The position numbers were made by a program, and so were the translations under genes. From an uncultured Candidatus Saccharibacteria bacterium (GTDB lineage: Bacteria > Patescibacteriota > Minisyncoccia > SW-4-49-11), in contig CAZWIJ010000007.1 of NCBI GenBank assembly GCA_964633865.1, positions 20,711 to 84,710 on the forward strand: 64,000 bases of DNA, in the 5' to 3' direction. The notes under the pieces were generated by a model. That model was not told the DNA's origin, did not search any database, and saw nothing but the letters and a program-made list of their open reading frames with translations. Numbering within the stretch: the first letter of the stretch is position 1; each line of letters opens with the position of its first letter. Positions 21,692 through 31,514 of the stretch are shown in pieces.

Positions 21692-24259
21692 ATGCAAAAT
21701 AAGAAGAAAATTGTAATATTTGATAGTAATGCTGTTATTCATAGAGCTTATCATGCTCTTCCTCCCTTTCACACAAATGAAGGTACTTTAGTGAATGCTG
21801 TTTATGGATACTCTAATTTATTAATGAAAGTAATCAAAGATTTAAAGCCAGATGCGATATTGGCAAGTTTTGATGTTTCTGAAAAAACTTTTAGACATGA
21901 ACAATATCAAGAATACAAAGCTGGCAGACAAAAAACAGATCAAGCTTTATATGATCAAATTCCACTTGTGAAAGAAATTTTAACATATCTTGATATTCCA
22001 ATCTTAGAACAATCAGGATTTGAAGCAGATGATATTATTGGAACAATTGCTGAAATGGTAACCAAATCAGAAGAATTTGAGCTGGTTATTGTTACAGGAG
22101 ATATGGACACAATGCAATTGGTTAATTCCAAAGTGAAAGTTTATGCTTTGAGAAAAAGTATAACAGACACAATTTTGTATGATGAAGCACAAGTAATGAC
22201 AAAATACCAATTTACACCAAAGCAAGTGATAGACTATAAAGGTTTGAAAGGTGATTCTTCAGATAATATCCCTGGTGTACCAGGAATTGGTGATAAAAGA
22301 GCAGTTGTTTTACTTAATCAATTTCAGAATATAGATAATTTATATGAATTTTTAGATAAATATAATAATTATTTAGAAATCCCAGTAGAATATAAATCAT
22401 ATTTTTCCAATAAAGTTGTAGAAAATTTAAAAAATTATAAAGATCAAGCTTTTTTTAGCCGAGAATTAGCTACAATTGTTAGAAATGTACCAATAGAATT
22501 AGATTTGGATGCATTAAATAACTATCTTTTCCCAACAGAAAAAGCAAGACAAATTTTTTCTAAATTTGAATTCCATAGTTTAGTAAAAAGATTATCAGAA
22601 GTACAAGAGATAAGTCAATCTAATTTTTTTGACAATACAATATCAGGTCAAAATTCATTATCTAATATAAGTAATTTTAATGACTTAGATCAAAATAATC
22701 TAGCTTTATTTCAAATTGAATCAGATTATTTTTTCTTAGATAAGTCAAATAGATATAAAACAAATTTATTAGAACTTAAATCAATATTACAAACAGAAAT
22801 TACAATTATTGGGTATGATCTAAAAGCAATTTTTAGACAAGTTTTTTGGGGTGAAAAAGTTATTATTAAAGCAAAATATCAAGATATATCTATAATGGCA
22901 TATCTTTTACATTCAGGTGAAAAATTTGATTTAGAGAGTCTATCTTACAAATATAAAATAGATTTTGATAGATTAAATCCAGAAAAAAGTTTATTAGATT
23001 TATATAATAAATTAAATTCAAAACTGATAGAAGAAGATTTGATGAAAGTTTATCTAGAAATAGAAATTTCCTTGACCGAGGCTTTAACTCAAATGGAAAT
23101 AAATGGAGTTTATTTTAATGAAAAAGATTTAGAAGAGATAAAAGTTTATGTAGATGAAAGATTAAAAGAATTAGAAAAAGAAATATATACAATATCTGAT
23201 ATAGAATTTAACCTAAATTCTCCTAAACAATTGGCTGATATTTTATTTAATAAATTAGGAATAAGCACTGATGGATTAAAGAAAACAAGTACGGGATTTA
23301 TCACAACTTCAGCTGAAACTTTAGAAAAATTACAACAGGAACATATTGTGATTGATAAAATTATAGAATACAGAGAGTTAGCTAAATTAAAATCAACTTA
23401 TATAGATACTCTTCCTAATGTGAGGGATGAGAAAGGTCGCATTCACACAGAATATAGTCAAATTATTGCAGCTACAGGAAGATTATCTTCCATTAATCCC
23501 AATCTCCAAAATATCCCAGCAAGAACAGATCTTGGGAATTCTATTAAACAATGTTTTCAATCAGAGGAAGGAAAAACATTGTTAATTTATGATTACTCTC
23601 AGATTGAGCTTAGGCTAGCAGCTCACTTATCTAATGATCAAAATATGATAGAAATTTTTAATCAAGAAGTTGATTTTCACACGGCTACAGCATCAAAAAT
23701 TTATTCTATTCCACAAGCTATGGTTAATAAGGAAATGAGAAATTTTGCAAAAACTATTAATTTTGGGATTTTATACGGAATGGGAGCGAATGCATTGTCT
23801 AAAAATTTAAAAATAACCAAATCAGAAGCAAAAGAATTTATATTAAAATATAATTATACATATCCTGATTTACAAAAATATATAGCAGAACAAAAAGAAA
23901 TTGCTATTAAAACTGGTTATGCAATAACAGAGTATGGAAGAAAAAGAAACTTATCTAAATTTGACCTAAAAAACCCTATATTAAGAGCTCAGATGGAAAG
24001 AATAGCAGTTAATATGCCTATCCAAGGATTACAAGCTGATATCATTAAAATTGCAATGATAAGGATACATGATTTAATAAAAAATTCTAATGATATAAAA
24101 TTATTATTACAAGTACATGATGAGTTAGTTTTTGAAGTTTCAGAGGATAAAGTTTCAGAATGGCAAGATGAAATTCATAAAATTATGGAAAGTGTTTATC
24201 AGGCTAAAGTTCAACTTAAAGTTAATTATAAAATACAAAAAAAATGGGGAGTTGAATAA
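21692..24259 (+). CDS. polA: DNA polymerase I.
   Basis: N-terminal 5'-3' exonuclease domain, pol motif A DYSQIELRLAAHLS, motif B RNFAKTINFGILYG and motif C QVHDELVFEV. Confidence 0.95.
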   Translation: MQNKKKIVIFDSNAVIHRAYHALPPFHTNEGTLVNAVYGYSNLLMKVIKDLKPDAILASFDVSEKTFRHEQYQEYKAGRQKTDQALYDQIPLVKEILTYLDIPILEQSGFEADDIIGTIAEMVTKSEEFELVIVTGDMDTMQLVNSKVKVYALRKSITDTILYDEAQVMTKYQFTPKQVIDYKGLKGDSSDNIPGVPGIGDKRAVVLLNQFQNIDNLYEFLDKYNNYLEIPVEYKSYFSNKVVENLKNYKDQAFFSRELATIVRNVPIELDLDALNNYLFPTEKARQIFSKFEFHSLVKRLSEVQEISQSNFFDNTISGQNSLSNISNFNDLDQNNLALFQIESDYFFLDKSNRYKTNLLELKSILQTEITIIGYDLKAIFRQVFWGEKVIIKAKYQDISIMAYLLHSGEKFDLESLSYKYKIDFDRLNPEKSLLDLYNKLNSKLIEEDLMKVYLEIEISLTEALTQMEINGVYFNEKDLEEIKVYVDERLKELEKEIYTISDIEFNLNSPKQLADILFNKLGISTDGLKKTSTGFITTSAETLEKLQQEHIVIDKIIEYRELAKLKSTYIDTLPNVRDEKGRIHTEYSQIIAATGRLSSINPNLQNIPARTDLGNSIKQCFQSEEGKTLLIYDYSQIELRLAAHLSNDQNMIEIFNQEVDFHTATASKIYSIPQAMVNKEMRNFAKTINFGILYGMGANALSKNLKITKSEAKEFILKYNYTYPDLQKYIAEQKEIAIKTGYAITEYGRKRNLSKFDLKNPILRAQMERIAVNMPIQGLQADIIKIAMIRIHDLIKNSNDIKLLLQVHDELVFEVSEDKVSEWQDEIHKIMESVYQAKVQLKVNYKIQKKWGVE

Positions 24260-24343
24260 AAAGAATAAAAATTATTTATTTTTACATACTTATAGTGTAT
24301 AATATAAATATATAAATTTTAGATAAACATATAAACTAAACTT

Positions 24344-25531
24344 ATGATAGATGAATTTACAATATTAATAATATTAGGAGCAATTTTTGTGACAATATTA
24401 GTTGTTATAATCATACGAGTAATATCTTTAATCCCTAATAAAATAAAAAAAGATAATGAAATAGATAATAATGAGAATAGTAGTTTTTTTGGGTCAAGTG
24501 ATAATGGAAAAATAGAAAAATTAAAAATTAATAAAATAGGGCTAAATACAGGTTATAGTACAAATAATAAATCTTATCAAGACTCAGATTTATATCATAA
24601 GTTTAATAAAATATCTACGGCTAATACCTCAGATTCTAATAAAACAGTTAAGTTTTTAGATATGACTTCCCTAAATCAACATTCTAAACAAATTGTTAAT
24701 TTAAATTCTATGATGAATCAATCAAGAAAAGAAGAATCTAAAGATATTTCAATAAAACCAGAAATATTAGAAAATCAAGATTTGGAATTAGATTTAGATA
24801 CTCCTATAATAGAATCATTGGAATCAGAGTTAATAATAAAGGAAAATTATGTTCCAGCTCCTATTTTATCCATGGATATCTTACATATAACATCAGGTAT
24901 ATGTCTATGGATAGATAGTCAAGATAAATTTAATTTATATCAAGACTTAGATAAGGAAATTGATATTACTAGTTCTAATCAAAAAATAGCTTATATTACA
25001 GATAAATCAATCTATAATAATAATCTTACACAAGCTCTTCCTAATAAAAGACCAATTTATATTGAAAATCAAGAAGGAGTTGTATCAGGAATAAAATTTT
25101 TAGGGGACAATTATTTGGAAGGAACATTTCCTTTAGAAAAATCTGATGAATATACAATAGTATTTGTGGGGGTAAATTCTTTGAAATCTAGTATTTGGCC
25201 TGGAATTTTTACAACTAAACCATCAGGTTCATCAGAAGCTAATATTAAACAAGGTTTTGCAATATTTGGAGAAAAAGATTCTTATAAAGTTAATTTTGAA
25301 TCAGGAGATACTGTTTTGAATACTTTTGATGATAATAATCCTAATATAGGCATTTTGATAGGTAATAGTAATTATAATGAAGGAAATAATATATATAAAG
25401 TTGGAAATTGGATCGGTTTAGATCAAGCTTTTGAAGGAATAGTGTGTGAAATTATAGTTTATAATAGGAAATTAGATAAAAAAGAAATACTTTCAGTCCA
25501 AACTTATTTAGAAAATAAGTGGAAAAATTAG
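24344..25531 (+). CDS. N-terminally membrane-anchored protein with a C-terminal LamG/concanavalin-like domain.
   Basis: N-terminal TM helix. C-terminal signature FEGIVCEIIVYNRKLDKKEI, typical of LamG jelly-roll domains. Confidence 0.5.
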   Translation: MIDEFTILIILGAIFVTILVVIIIRVISLIPNKIKKDNEIDNNENSSFFGSSDNGKIEKLKINKIGLNTGYSTNNKSYQDSDLYHKFNKISTANTSDSNKTVKFLDMTSLNQHSKQIVNLNSMMNQSRKEESKDISIKPEILENQDLELDLDTPIIESLESELIIKENYVPAPILSMDILHITSGICLWIDSQDKFNLYQDLDKEIDITSSNQKIAYITDKSIYNNNLTQALPNKRPIYIENQEGVVSGIKFLGDNYLEGTFPLEKSDEYTIVFVGVNSLKSSIWPGIFTTKPSGSSEANIKQGFAIFGEKDSYKVNFESGDTVLNTFDDNNPNIGILIGNSNYNEGNNIYKVGNWIGLDQAFEGIVCEIIVYNRKLDKKEILSVQTYLENKWKN

Positions 25532-25565
25532 GAAGATAAAAAAGTAGATTAGAGATAATCTATTT

Positions 25566-25715
25566 TTTTATACACAATATTATGTTTTATCCACAAGTTA
25601 TTAACATATAGAAATGGCTATAATAAAAGAAATATTAAATAATCAACAAATATCTAGTACTTTATACACAGATTATCCACAGATACTATTTAATAAATTA
25701 AATAGTATCTGATAT
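25566..25715. promoter_or_regulatory. DnaA-box cluster, palindrome and promoter upstream of the FHA gene.
   Basis: Perfect TTATCCACA at 25587..25595 and 25673..25681, a 1-mismatch box at 25662..25670, and a 14-bp-arm perfect palindrome AGATACTATTTAAT-AA-ATTAAATAGTATCT at about 25681..25710 followed by TATAAT. Confidence 0.45.
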
Positions 25716-25747
25716 AATATAAAATATTAAATTAAGATCTTAATTTT

Positions 25748-27067
25748 ATGAAAAATTTAGAAAACATTGATTCTATACAAGAAAAAAACGAAAATATAGA
25801 AAAAGAAGAAATAGTTGTTTATAAAGGTAATTCAAACAAAATAAAATTACAACTTGGGAATAAAGAAATAATACTTCAAAAAATAGGAAATGAATATATT
25901 ATAAATGATACTACAATCGATAGAAATAAGGCAAGAAAAATACTTTCTATAGGAGAAGGTCAAGAACTTATTTTAGGTAGAATGACAGAGGGTTTATTTC
26001 AAGATGATACTGTTTCTAAAAAGCACTGTAAAATTAGTTTGAATCAAGGAGAATTAACAATAGTAGATCTAAATTCTAGAAATGGTACAAGTGTAGAGTT
26101 TGAAGATTCGGAGGATGTTAATAAAGAAACAGAAGAAATTGATATTATTGGATATAATGAAAAAGAAGATCCAACAAGGGACACATTAAAAGATTTTATC
26201 AAATATATGGAGGAGAATAAGGAAGATATATTGGATAAAATAAATTATAATTTACCATCATATGAAAAAAAGTATTCTGAATTAAATCTTGAAGCAGTAA
26301 AATTTAAATTATTAACAGATATTATTTACAATGACTTTTATTCACAAGGAGAAAGTAATTTTACAGAAAATAATCCAAAAGATCAAGAAAAATTTGAACA
26401 ATACGAAAAAAATTTAAAGTTTATAATAAACTTGATGACACAACAAGATGAATATCAGAAGAAGTTTAAGATTGTAGATAGTAGTGGATGGTATTATGCC
26501 CTTGTAAATTCAGATGAAAGATTAGGATCTGATAATGCAGGTGATTTGGGAAGGATTTATCTAAATGTAGCTCCAGAAGTTAGTGTGGGTGTCTTTAATC
26601 AATTAATTCAAAAAGGTGTTAATCAAGAGATATCATTCCAAACAAAAATATCCAAATCAGGAGATTCAAATTCATTTAACAGAGTAGATAAAATAGTTTT
26701 ATATTTTAAGCCAGAAGATTCAGCAAATATTAAGTCATTAGTTCAAGAAATTTATAATAAAAGGGAATCAGTTTTTATAAATCAGACCCCTAGATTTTCT
26801 CAATCTATAAATAATTATAATGGAAAAATTATGAATGGAGTTAGTTTTGGACAAGAACCAATAAATCGTACAAAGAATGAAATTAGTTTTGGTGAAATAA
26901 GATCAAGAATGCTAGCTACTATAGCAAAAGATGTTTTGGCTGGAAATAATGACAAAGATAATATAAAAGAAAAATTTAGAAAAATATGTTCAAAATTTGG
27001 AGTCGATTCAGAAAACCCTGCATTTAATAGTAACAATAACTCTTTTAATAATTTTAAAACAAACTAA
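25748..27067 (+). CDS. FHA domain protein with an uncharacterised ~300-aa C-terminal region.
   Basis: FHA signature GEGQELILGR...VSKKHCKISL...LTIVDLNSRNGTSV. Confidence 0.65.
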   Translation: MKNLENIDSIQEKNENIEKEEIVVYKGNSNKIKLQLGNKEIILQKIGNEYIINDTTIDRNKARKILSIGEGQELILGRMTEGLFQDDTVSKKHCKISLNQGELTIVDLNSRNGTSVEFEDSEDVNKETEEIDIIGYNEKEDPTRDTLKDFIKYMEENKEDILDKINYNLPSYEKKYSELNLEAVKFKLLTDIIYNDFYSQGESNFTENNPKDQEKFEQYEKNLKFIINLMTQQDEYQKKFKIVDSSGWYYALVNSDERLGSDNAGDLGRIYLNVAPEVSVGVFNQLIQKGVNQEISFQTKISKSGDSNSFNRVDKIVLYFKPEDSANIKSLVQEIYNKRESVFINQTPRFSQSINNYNGKIMNGVSFGQEPINRTKNEISFGEIRSRMLATIAKDVLAGNNDKDNIKEKFRKICSKFGVDSENPAFNSNNNSFNNFKTN

Positions 27068-27462
27068 TCAATCCCCTCTAATATATTAGGAAAAAATTTG
27101 ATCCAAGCTTTTTTATTAGATTTATCAATAATAATACAAATAGCATCAATATAGATATCCTCAGAAAGATATCTATGTTTTTGTAAATAAATTCTAATTC
27201 CGATAGAAAGCTTCTTTAATTTACTTTTTGTAATGTTATACACAGGGAAATTATCTTTATCAACAAGTTGTCCACAATTATACACAGACTTAACTTCAAT
27301 AAAATGGAGAAAACCATCTTTTTTGGCTATAATATCTAATTCAGCTAATTTACCTAAGTGTACATTTCTATCTAAAATTTCAAATTTTTTGGAAATCAAA
27401 TATTTAATTGCTAAATTCTCCCCTATATCACCTTTGGATTTGTTAGAATTTTTACTGTACAT
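27064..27462 (-). CDS. YraN/UPF0102 family endonuclease-like protein.
   Basis: GDIGENLAIKYL...ILDRN...GELDIIA...FIEVK matches the UPF0102 pattern. Confidence 0.7.
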   Translation of the reverse strand: MYSKNSNKSKGDIGENLAIKYLISKKFEILDRNVHLGKLAELDIIAKKDGFLHFIEVKSVYNCGQLVDKDNFPVYNITKSKLKKLSIGIRIYLQKHRYLSEDIYIDAICIIIDKSNKKAWIKFFPNILEGID

Positions 27463-28708
27463 AAGTTTTTTTGACTAGATAATACATCCAAAACATTAAA
27501 CAAGCTAATAAAATAAATAAACCAATAATTCCATTTTCGGTTAAAATAAGTAAAGACAAATTATGTACAGGTTGTAATTGCCAAAACTCTAAGTTTTGAC
27601 TTTGTAATCCTAGTATAAATTGTTTAGTACCAATTCCATTAAACAGATTAATATAGAAAACTTCAAAAGATTCTTTCAGATAAAAAACTCTTTGAAATGC
27701 ACTTTGAGAATTGTTTAGAGAAAACAATATAAAATTTATACTAGAAAAGAAAATACTAAAAATAATGAAAAAAATTAGATCAAAATACTTTTTAAAATGT
27801 TCTATGTGGAACATATCCTTAGAAAATACTTGTGTCAATATCTTTTTGATGATAAAAATAAATATTAGAAATCCAGAAAGTATATAAATTGATTTAGAAA
27901 AAGATAAGATAATCATTAATATACAAAAAGCTAAAAGAATGTTACTTTGATATTTTTTTAAATCTAATTTAAAATCAGATATTGATACTAAGATAGCTAA
28001 AAAAGTTAGTAAGAGACTTTGATTGAATGTCCATAAATAATGATCAACTTGACTAATTATAATCAGAGTTAAAAATATAAACCAAGATGCTAATTTTCGA
28101 TTTGAATTGTATATTAAAAAAATAATACCCATCAATCCTGTAAAAGCTAAAATGTTGGGGTGTGGAAAAGTTCCATAACCTCTAATCAAAAAATTATCTC
28201 CAAAGTTTAATTTAGCTATTCCAACCATATCTCTATTAAATACTGATTCTGTAATTATAGGTAAATTTAGATTTTTCTGTAAAATAAATTGTGTAATTAA
28301 AATAAAAAATTGACTAAATAATGCTATAAAGAATCCATTTAAAATATAAATTATTTTTTGTGTGTTAATAAGATAAGTTCCTAAATAAACAATTCCCAAT
28401 AATCTTAATATTTGATAAAAAGATAATAAAGGATAAGTATCATTAAAAACTTGTCCAAATAGAATTATAAATATTATAGATACAAATGGATTTAATAACT
28501 TTATTTTTTTTATTTTAAAGATATTGAAAAAAATAATTATCGCTATTACAATATCGCTAAAATTTAAATATTCCGTGAGAAAGTAATTTGGTCTTCCATT
28601 TATATAATATTCTAGAATAAGAATTCTTATATTATAAACAATTGTGCCTCCTAAAATCCAGTATAATAAATCATCTAAACTAAGTTTTTTATTAAAAATA
28701 TCTTTCAT
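27452..28708 (-). CDS. Polytopic membrane protein, O-antigen ligase-like.
   Basis: Ten or more TM segments with Wzy_C-like organisation, the third member in this window. Confidence 0.4.
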   Translation of the reverse strand: MKDIFNKKLSLDDLLYWILGGTIVYNIRILILEYYINGRPNYFLTEYLNFSDIVIAIIIFFNIFKIKKIKLLNPFVSIIFIILFGQVFNDTYPLLSFYQILRLLGIVYLGTYLINTQKIIYILNGFFIALFSQFFILITQFILQKNLNLPIITESVFNRDMVGIAKLNFGDNFLIRGYGTFPHPNILAFTGLMGIIFLIYNSNRKLASWFIFLTLIIISQVDHYLWTFNQSLLLTFLAILVSISDFKLDLKKYQSNILLAFCILMIILSFSKSIYILSGFLIFIFIIKKILTQVFSKDMFHIEHFKKYFDLIFFIIFSIFFSSINFILFSLNNSQSAFQRVFYLKESFEVFYINLFNGIGTKQFILGLQSQNLEFWQLQPVHNLSLLILTENGIIGLFILLACLMFWMYYLVKKTYVQ

Positions 28709-28785
28709 TCTATTTGAGTGTATATATTGCCAAAACTGTGTTAATATGCTAATATCATAACATATTATGATTATAAAAAATAGTT

Positions 28786-28826
28786 ATCAACTAAATAATC
28801 ATAGTTATTCACAAGTTATCCACAAA
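28786..28826. promoter_or_regulatory. DnaA-box pair immediately upstream of the yvcK-like gene.
   Basis: TTATTCACA (28807..28815, 1 mismatch) and perfect TTATCCACA (28818..28826), followed by RBS AAGGAG and ATG at 28838. Confidence 0.45.
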
Positions 28827-28837
28827 GGAGTGTTTTT

Positions 28838-29830
28838 ATGGAAAAACAAAAAGTTGTTGTATTAGGTGGAGGAACAGGGTCAAACATGACATTGAAAGGT
28901 CTTAAATTATTGAGAGATTTAGATTTGACTGCTATAATTACTATGTCAGACGATGGAGGTTCAACAGGTAAATTAAGAGATGAATATGGAGTTCTGCCTT
29001 CAGGAGATGTTAGACAATGTTTAATAGCTTTGTCTGATTGCTCAGATACAGTTAGAGATCTCTTTAGTTATCGTTTTGATAATGGAGGACTTGCTGGGCA
29101 TAATGCTGGAAATATATTACTAACAGCATTAGAGAAAATTACAGGTTCTTTTGAAGAAGCTATAGCTACGGCTAGTCAATTATTGTCTGTTAGAGGGCAA
29201 GTTTTGCCTGTTACCACTAGTAATGTCAATGTCCGTATAATACTAAATGATGGAGAGGTTATTGATGGTGAAGATACTATCAATAATAGGCATGACATTT
29301 CTTATATTGGTGTACAAGATTTAGAATTATTCCCAAAAGCAGTTCTAAATGAAAAAGCTAAGCAAGCCATCGTAGATGCCGATATGATAATTATTGGTCC
29401 TGGTAATATTTACGGTAGTATTTTACCAAACTTGATGATTCCTGGTATGAAAGAAGTATTAGCCTCTACTAAGGCTAAAATTGTCTACAATGTAAATTTA
29501 ATGGCAAAAAAAGAACATTGCCGAAAATGGTCTGTAGAGCAATTTGTTCTTGAAATCCAGAAGTATATTGGGGATGTAATTGATATTGCACTCTACAATA
29601 CTACTAGACCATCTCAAGAGTTGCTTGATAAGTATCATCAAGAAGGAAGTTTCGTAGAAAGACAAACTACTGATGAATTTATAGGCAAAGCTCACTTAAT
29701 AGGAGTGGATCTATTAGCGGATGGAATTTTTATCAATCCTTATAAAAAAGATCCAATTCAAAGAACTTTAATTCGGCATGATTCTTTGAAAGTTTCTCAA
29801 GTTATTTATAAATTATTAAAAAGCTATTAG
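28838..29830 (+). CDS. YvcK/CofD-family (UPF0052) gluconeogenesis-factor-like protein.
   Basis: N-terminal VVVLGGGTGSNMTLKGL motif and a ~330-aa length. Confidence 0.8.
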   Translation: MEKQKVVVLGGGTGSNMTLKGLKLLRDLDLTAIITMSDDGGSTGKLRDEYGVLPSGDVRQCLIALSDCSDTVRDLFSYRFDNGGLAGHNAGNILLTALEKITGSFEEAIATASQLLSVRGQVLPVTTSNVNVRIILNDGEVIDGEDTINNRHDISYIGVQDLELFPKAVLNEKAKQAIVDADMIIIGPGNIYGSILPNLMIPGMKEVLASTKAKIVYNVNLMAKKEHCRKWSVEQFVLEIQKYIGDVIDIALYNTTRPSQELLDKYHQEGSFVERQTTDEFIGKAHLIGVDLLADGIFINPYKKDPIQRTLIRHDSLKVSQVIYKLLKSY

Positions 29831-29890
29831 ATTAAAAAATTACCTCACAGTTAATGTCTGTGAGGGTTTTATTTAATTTAAATATTGAAG

Positions 29891-30225
29891 TCATATTTTA
29901 TGTAATTGAGAAAAGAATTTTTTGTCTTTTTCTGTAAGATGTCTTGTAGCATTGTTTATCAGAAAAGTTCTATTTTCACTATGAAGTGCCTTGGCTTTTG
30001 CAAATAATAGCATTAAATGAGATATAGTTATATCTTTATGGCATAACAATCTTACATTATAATTTTTAGTAGGTATTACTAAAATTTTAGTATAATGATA
30101 TTTTAGAATAAAATTCTTAAAAAAATCATCATCTTTATATGTTTTGAATTTTTAGAGTTTAGTTCTACTAAAAAGGTACCATCTTTAAGAGTTCTAATGT
30201 TAACAAAATTACTGTTTTCTAACAT
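29891..30225 (-). pseudogene. Small (~115-aa) ORF split by a frameshift within an A7/T7 homopolymer (30119..30125).
   Basis: Manual translation: MLENSNFVNIRTLKDGTFLVELNSKNSKHIKMMIF, then a +1 shift at the T7 run, then ...KNFILKYHYTKILVIPTKNYNVRLLCHKDITISHLMLLFAKAKALHSENRTFLINNATRHLTEKDKKFFSQLHKI*. Confidence 0.3.
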
Positions 30226-30350
30226 AAATTTACTTTGAAAGTACAATGTATTTAATATAACATATATTTTTAATATGTCAAAAGTATAAGTAAAATAAAA
30301 ATCCCTAAAACTTTAAGTTAAAGGGATATGGTAGATAGATATAATAATTA

Positions 30351-30587
30351 TTAATTATTGAATTGTTGTAACCAATCTAAAATTTTGTTACACACTTCTT
30401 TCTTATCAAATAAATCTCCAATAGATAATGCTATTGTATATCTATTAAGTAGCTGTGTATCATAAATTCCATCGACCGCTCTTTCCATATCTGTTTCTAA
30501 GTTTGGAATTTTTTTTAAATCTACACGAGAATGTATTTTAATCAAATTCTTATTGATTTCAGGTAACTCTATTTTAAAGTTGTTCAT
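30351..30587 (-). CDS. Small hypothetical protein (78 aa) with its own promoter.
   Basis: Upstream on the minus strand: TTGACA, 16-nt spacer, TATACT, then GGAGGGG RBS and ATG (30600..30690). Confidence 0.4.
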   Translation of the reverse strand: MNNFKIELPEINKNLIKIHSRVDLKKIPNLETDMERAVDGIYDTQLLNRYTIALSIGDLFDKKEVCNKILDWLQQFNN

Positions 30588-30747
30588 AATTATTCCCCTC
30601 CAGGGCTATTTTTTTGTAATCTGATGCAATTACGATTCAAAGTATAACATAGATTATTTTTTTGTCAATGGTTTTTGTCATAAATTCAAATATACTTAAT
30701 CTATATTGATATATTCTAAAAAATAAGATATAATAATTTGTGTAACT

Positions 30748-30834
30748 GGAGAGATGGCTGAGCGGTTGAAAGCACCACACTGCTAACGTGGCATGGGGTA
30801 AAACTCATCGAGGGTTCAAATCCCTCTCTCTCCG
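30748..30834 (+). tRNA. tRNA-Ser (anticodon GCT), type II, with no encoded CCA.
   Basis: Acceptor GGAGAGA/TCTCTCC, D-stem GCT/AGC, anticodon loop CTGCTAA (identical to E. coli tRNA-Ser GCU), T-arm GAGGG-TTCAAAT-CCCTC and discriminator G. Confidence 0.85.
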
Positions 30835-30969
30835 CAGATTAAAAAGCCAAGTTGATTGGCTTTTGGGGGTATTTGAAAGTCGGAGCGATGTGTGAGTTTG
30901 TACAAAGTACAAGGCGAACACCGCGAGACGGGGTTGCAGAAATTTACCGTCAGGTAAATTATCTGTGAC

Positions 30970-30991
30970 CAAATCCCTCTCTCTCCGCAGA
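30970..30991 (+). repeat. 22-bp direct repeat of the tRNA-Ser 3' end (CAAATCCCTCTCTCTCCGCAGA), 131 bp downstream of the tRNA, att-site-like.
   Basis: Exact match to 30817..30838. The intervening segment 30839..30969 is GC-rich relative to the genome. Confidence 0.6.
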
Positions 30992-31038
30992 AATTATAAA
31001 AACTTATAGAATGTAGATTTACAAGAAAAAATATAATT

Positions 31039-31476
31039 ATGCTCACAACAAAGATTCTTAATTCAAATGATATAAATCTTGTTTTCCAGCTTATAAATTT
31101 ATACAAAAAAGTATTTGAAATTAAAGAAGATATCCCAACTGAAGAATATTTAAGCTCTTTTATTAACAAACCAAATGTTATAATTGGAGTTGTTATTATG
31201 GATAATAAGGTTTTGGGAGGATATACAGCTTATATTTTACCATCGATATATAGAGATATTCCAGATATTTATCTTTATGATTTAGCAGTAGATTCAGATT
31301 ATCAAGGACAAGGTCTAGGGAAAAATTTGATCCAAAGTTTAAAAGAATATGCAAAATCAATATCTGCTAGAAGCATGTATTGTCATACTGATGTCGATTC
31401 TATTCAAGCTAATGAATTTTATCAAAGAAGAGGATTTTATCTTGTTAATGTACAGGAATATAGAATAGAAGTGTAA
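31039..31476 (+). CDS. GNAT family N-acetyltransferase.
   Basis: Motif A QGQGLGKNLIQSLKEYA. Confidence 0.7.
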   Translation: MLTTKILNSNDINLVFQLINLYKKVFEIKEDIPTEEYLSSFINKPNVIIGVVIMDNKVLGGYTAYILPSIYRDIPDIYLYDLAVDSDYQGQGLGKNLIQSLKEYAKSISARSMYCHTDVDSIQANEFYQRRGFYLVNVQEYRIEV

Positions 31477-31514
31477 GGTGAAAATTTTTAAAAATAATGG
31501 AAAAATAAATAGAA

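Noticed and set aside
21692-24259. PolA lacking a functional 3'-5' exonuclease domain.
   Set aside because: The central region is divergent, but I cannot judge the Exo I-III motifs reliably by eye, so no claim is made.
30816-31169. ORF-track entry 30816..31169 (-), 117 aa.
   Set aside because: It overlaps the tRNA-Ser 3' end and its 22-bp duplicate (the GERGI repeats in the translation come from the tRNA sequence) as well as the 5' end of the GNAT gene. It is a shadow ORF.
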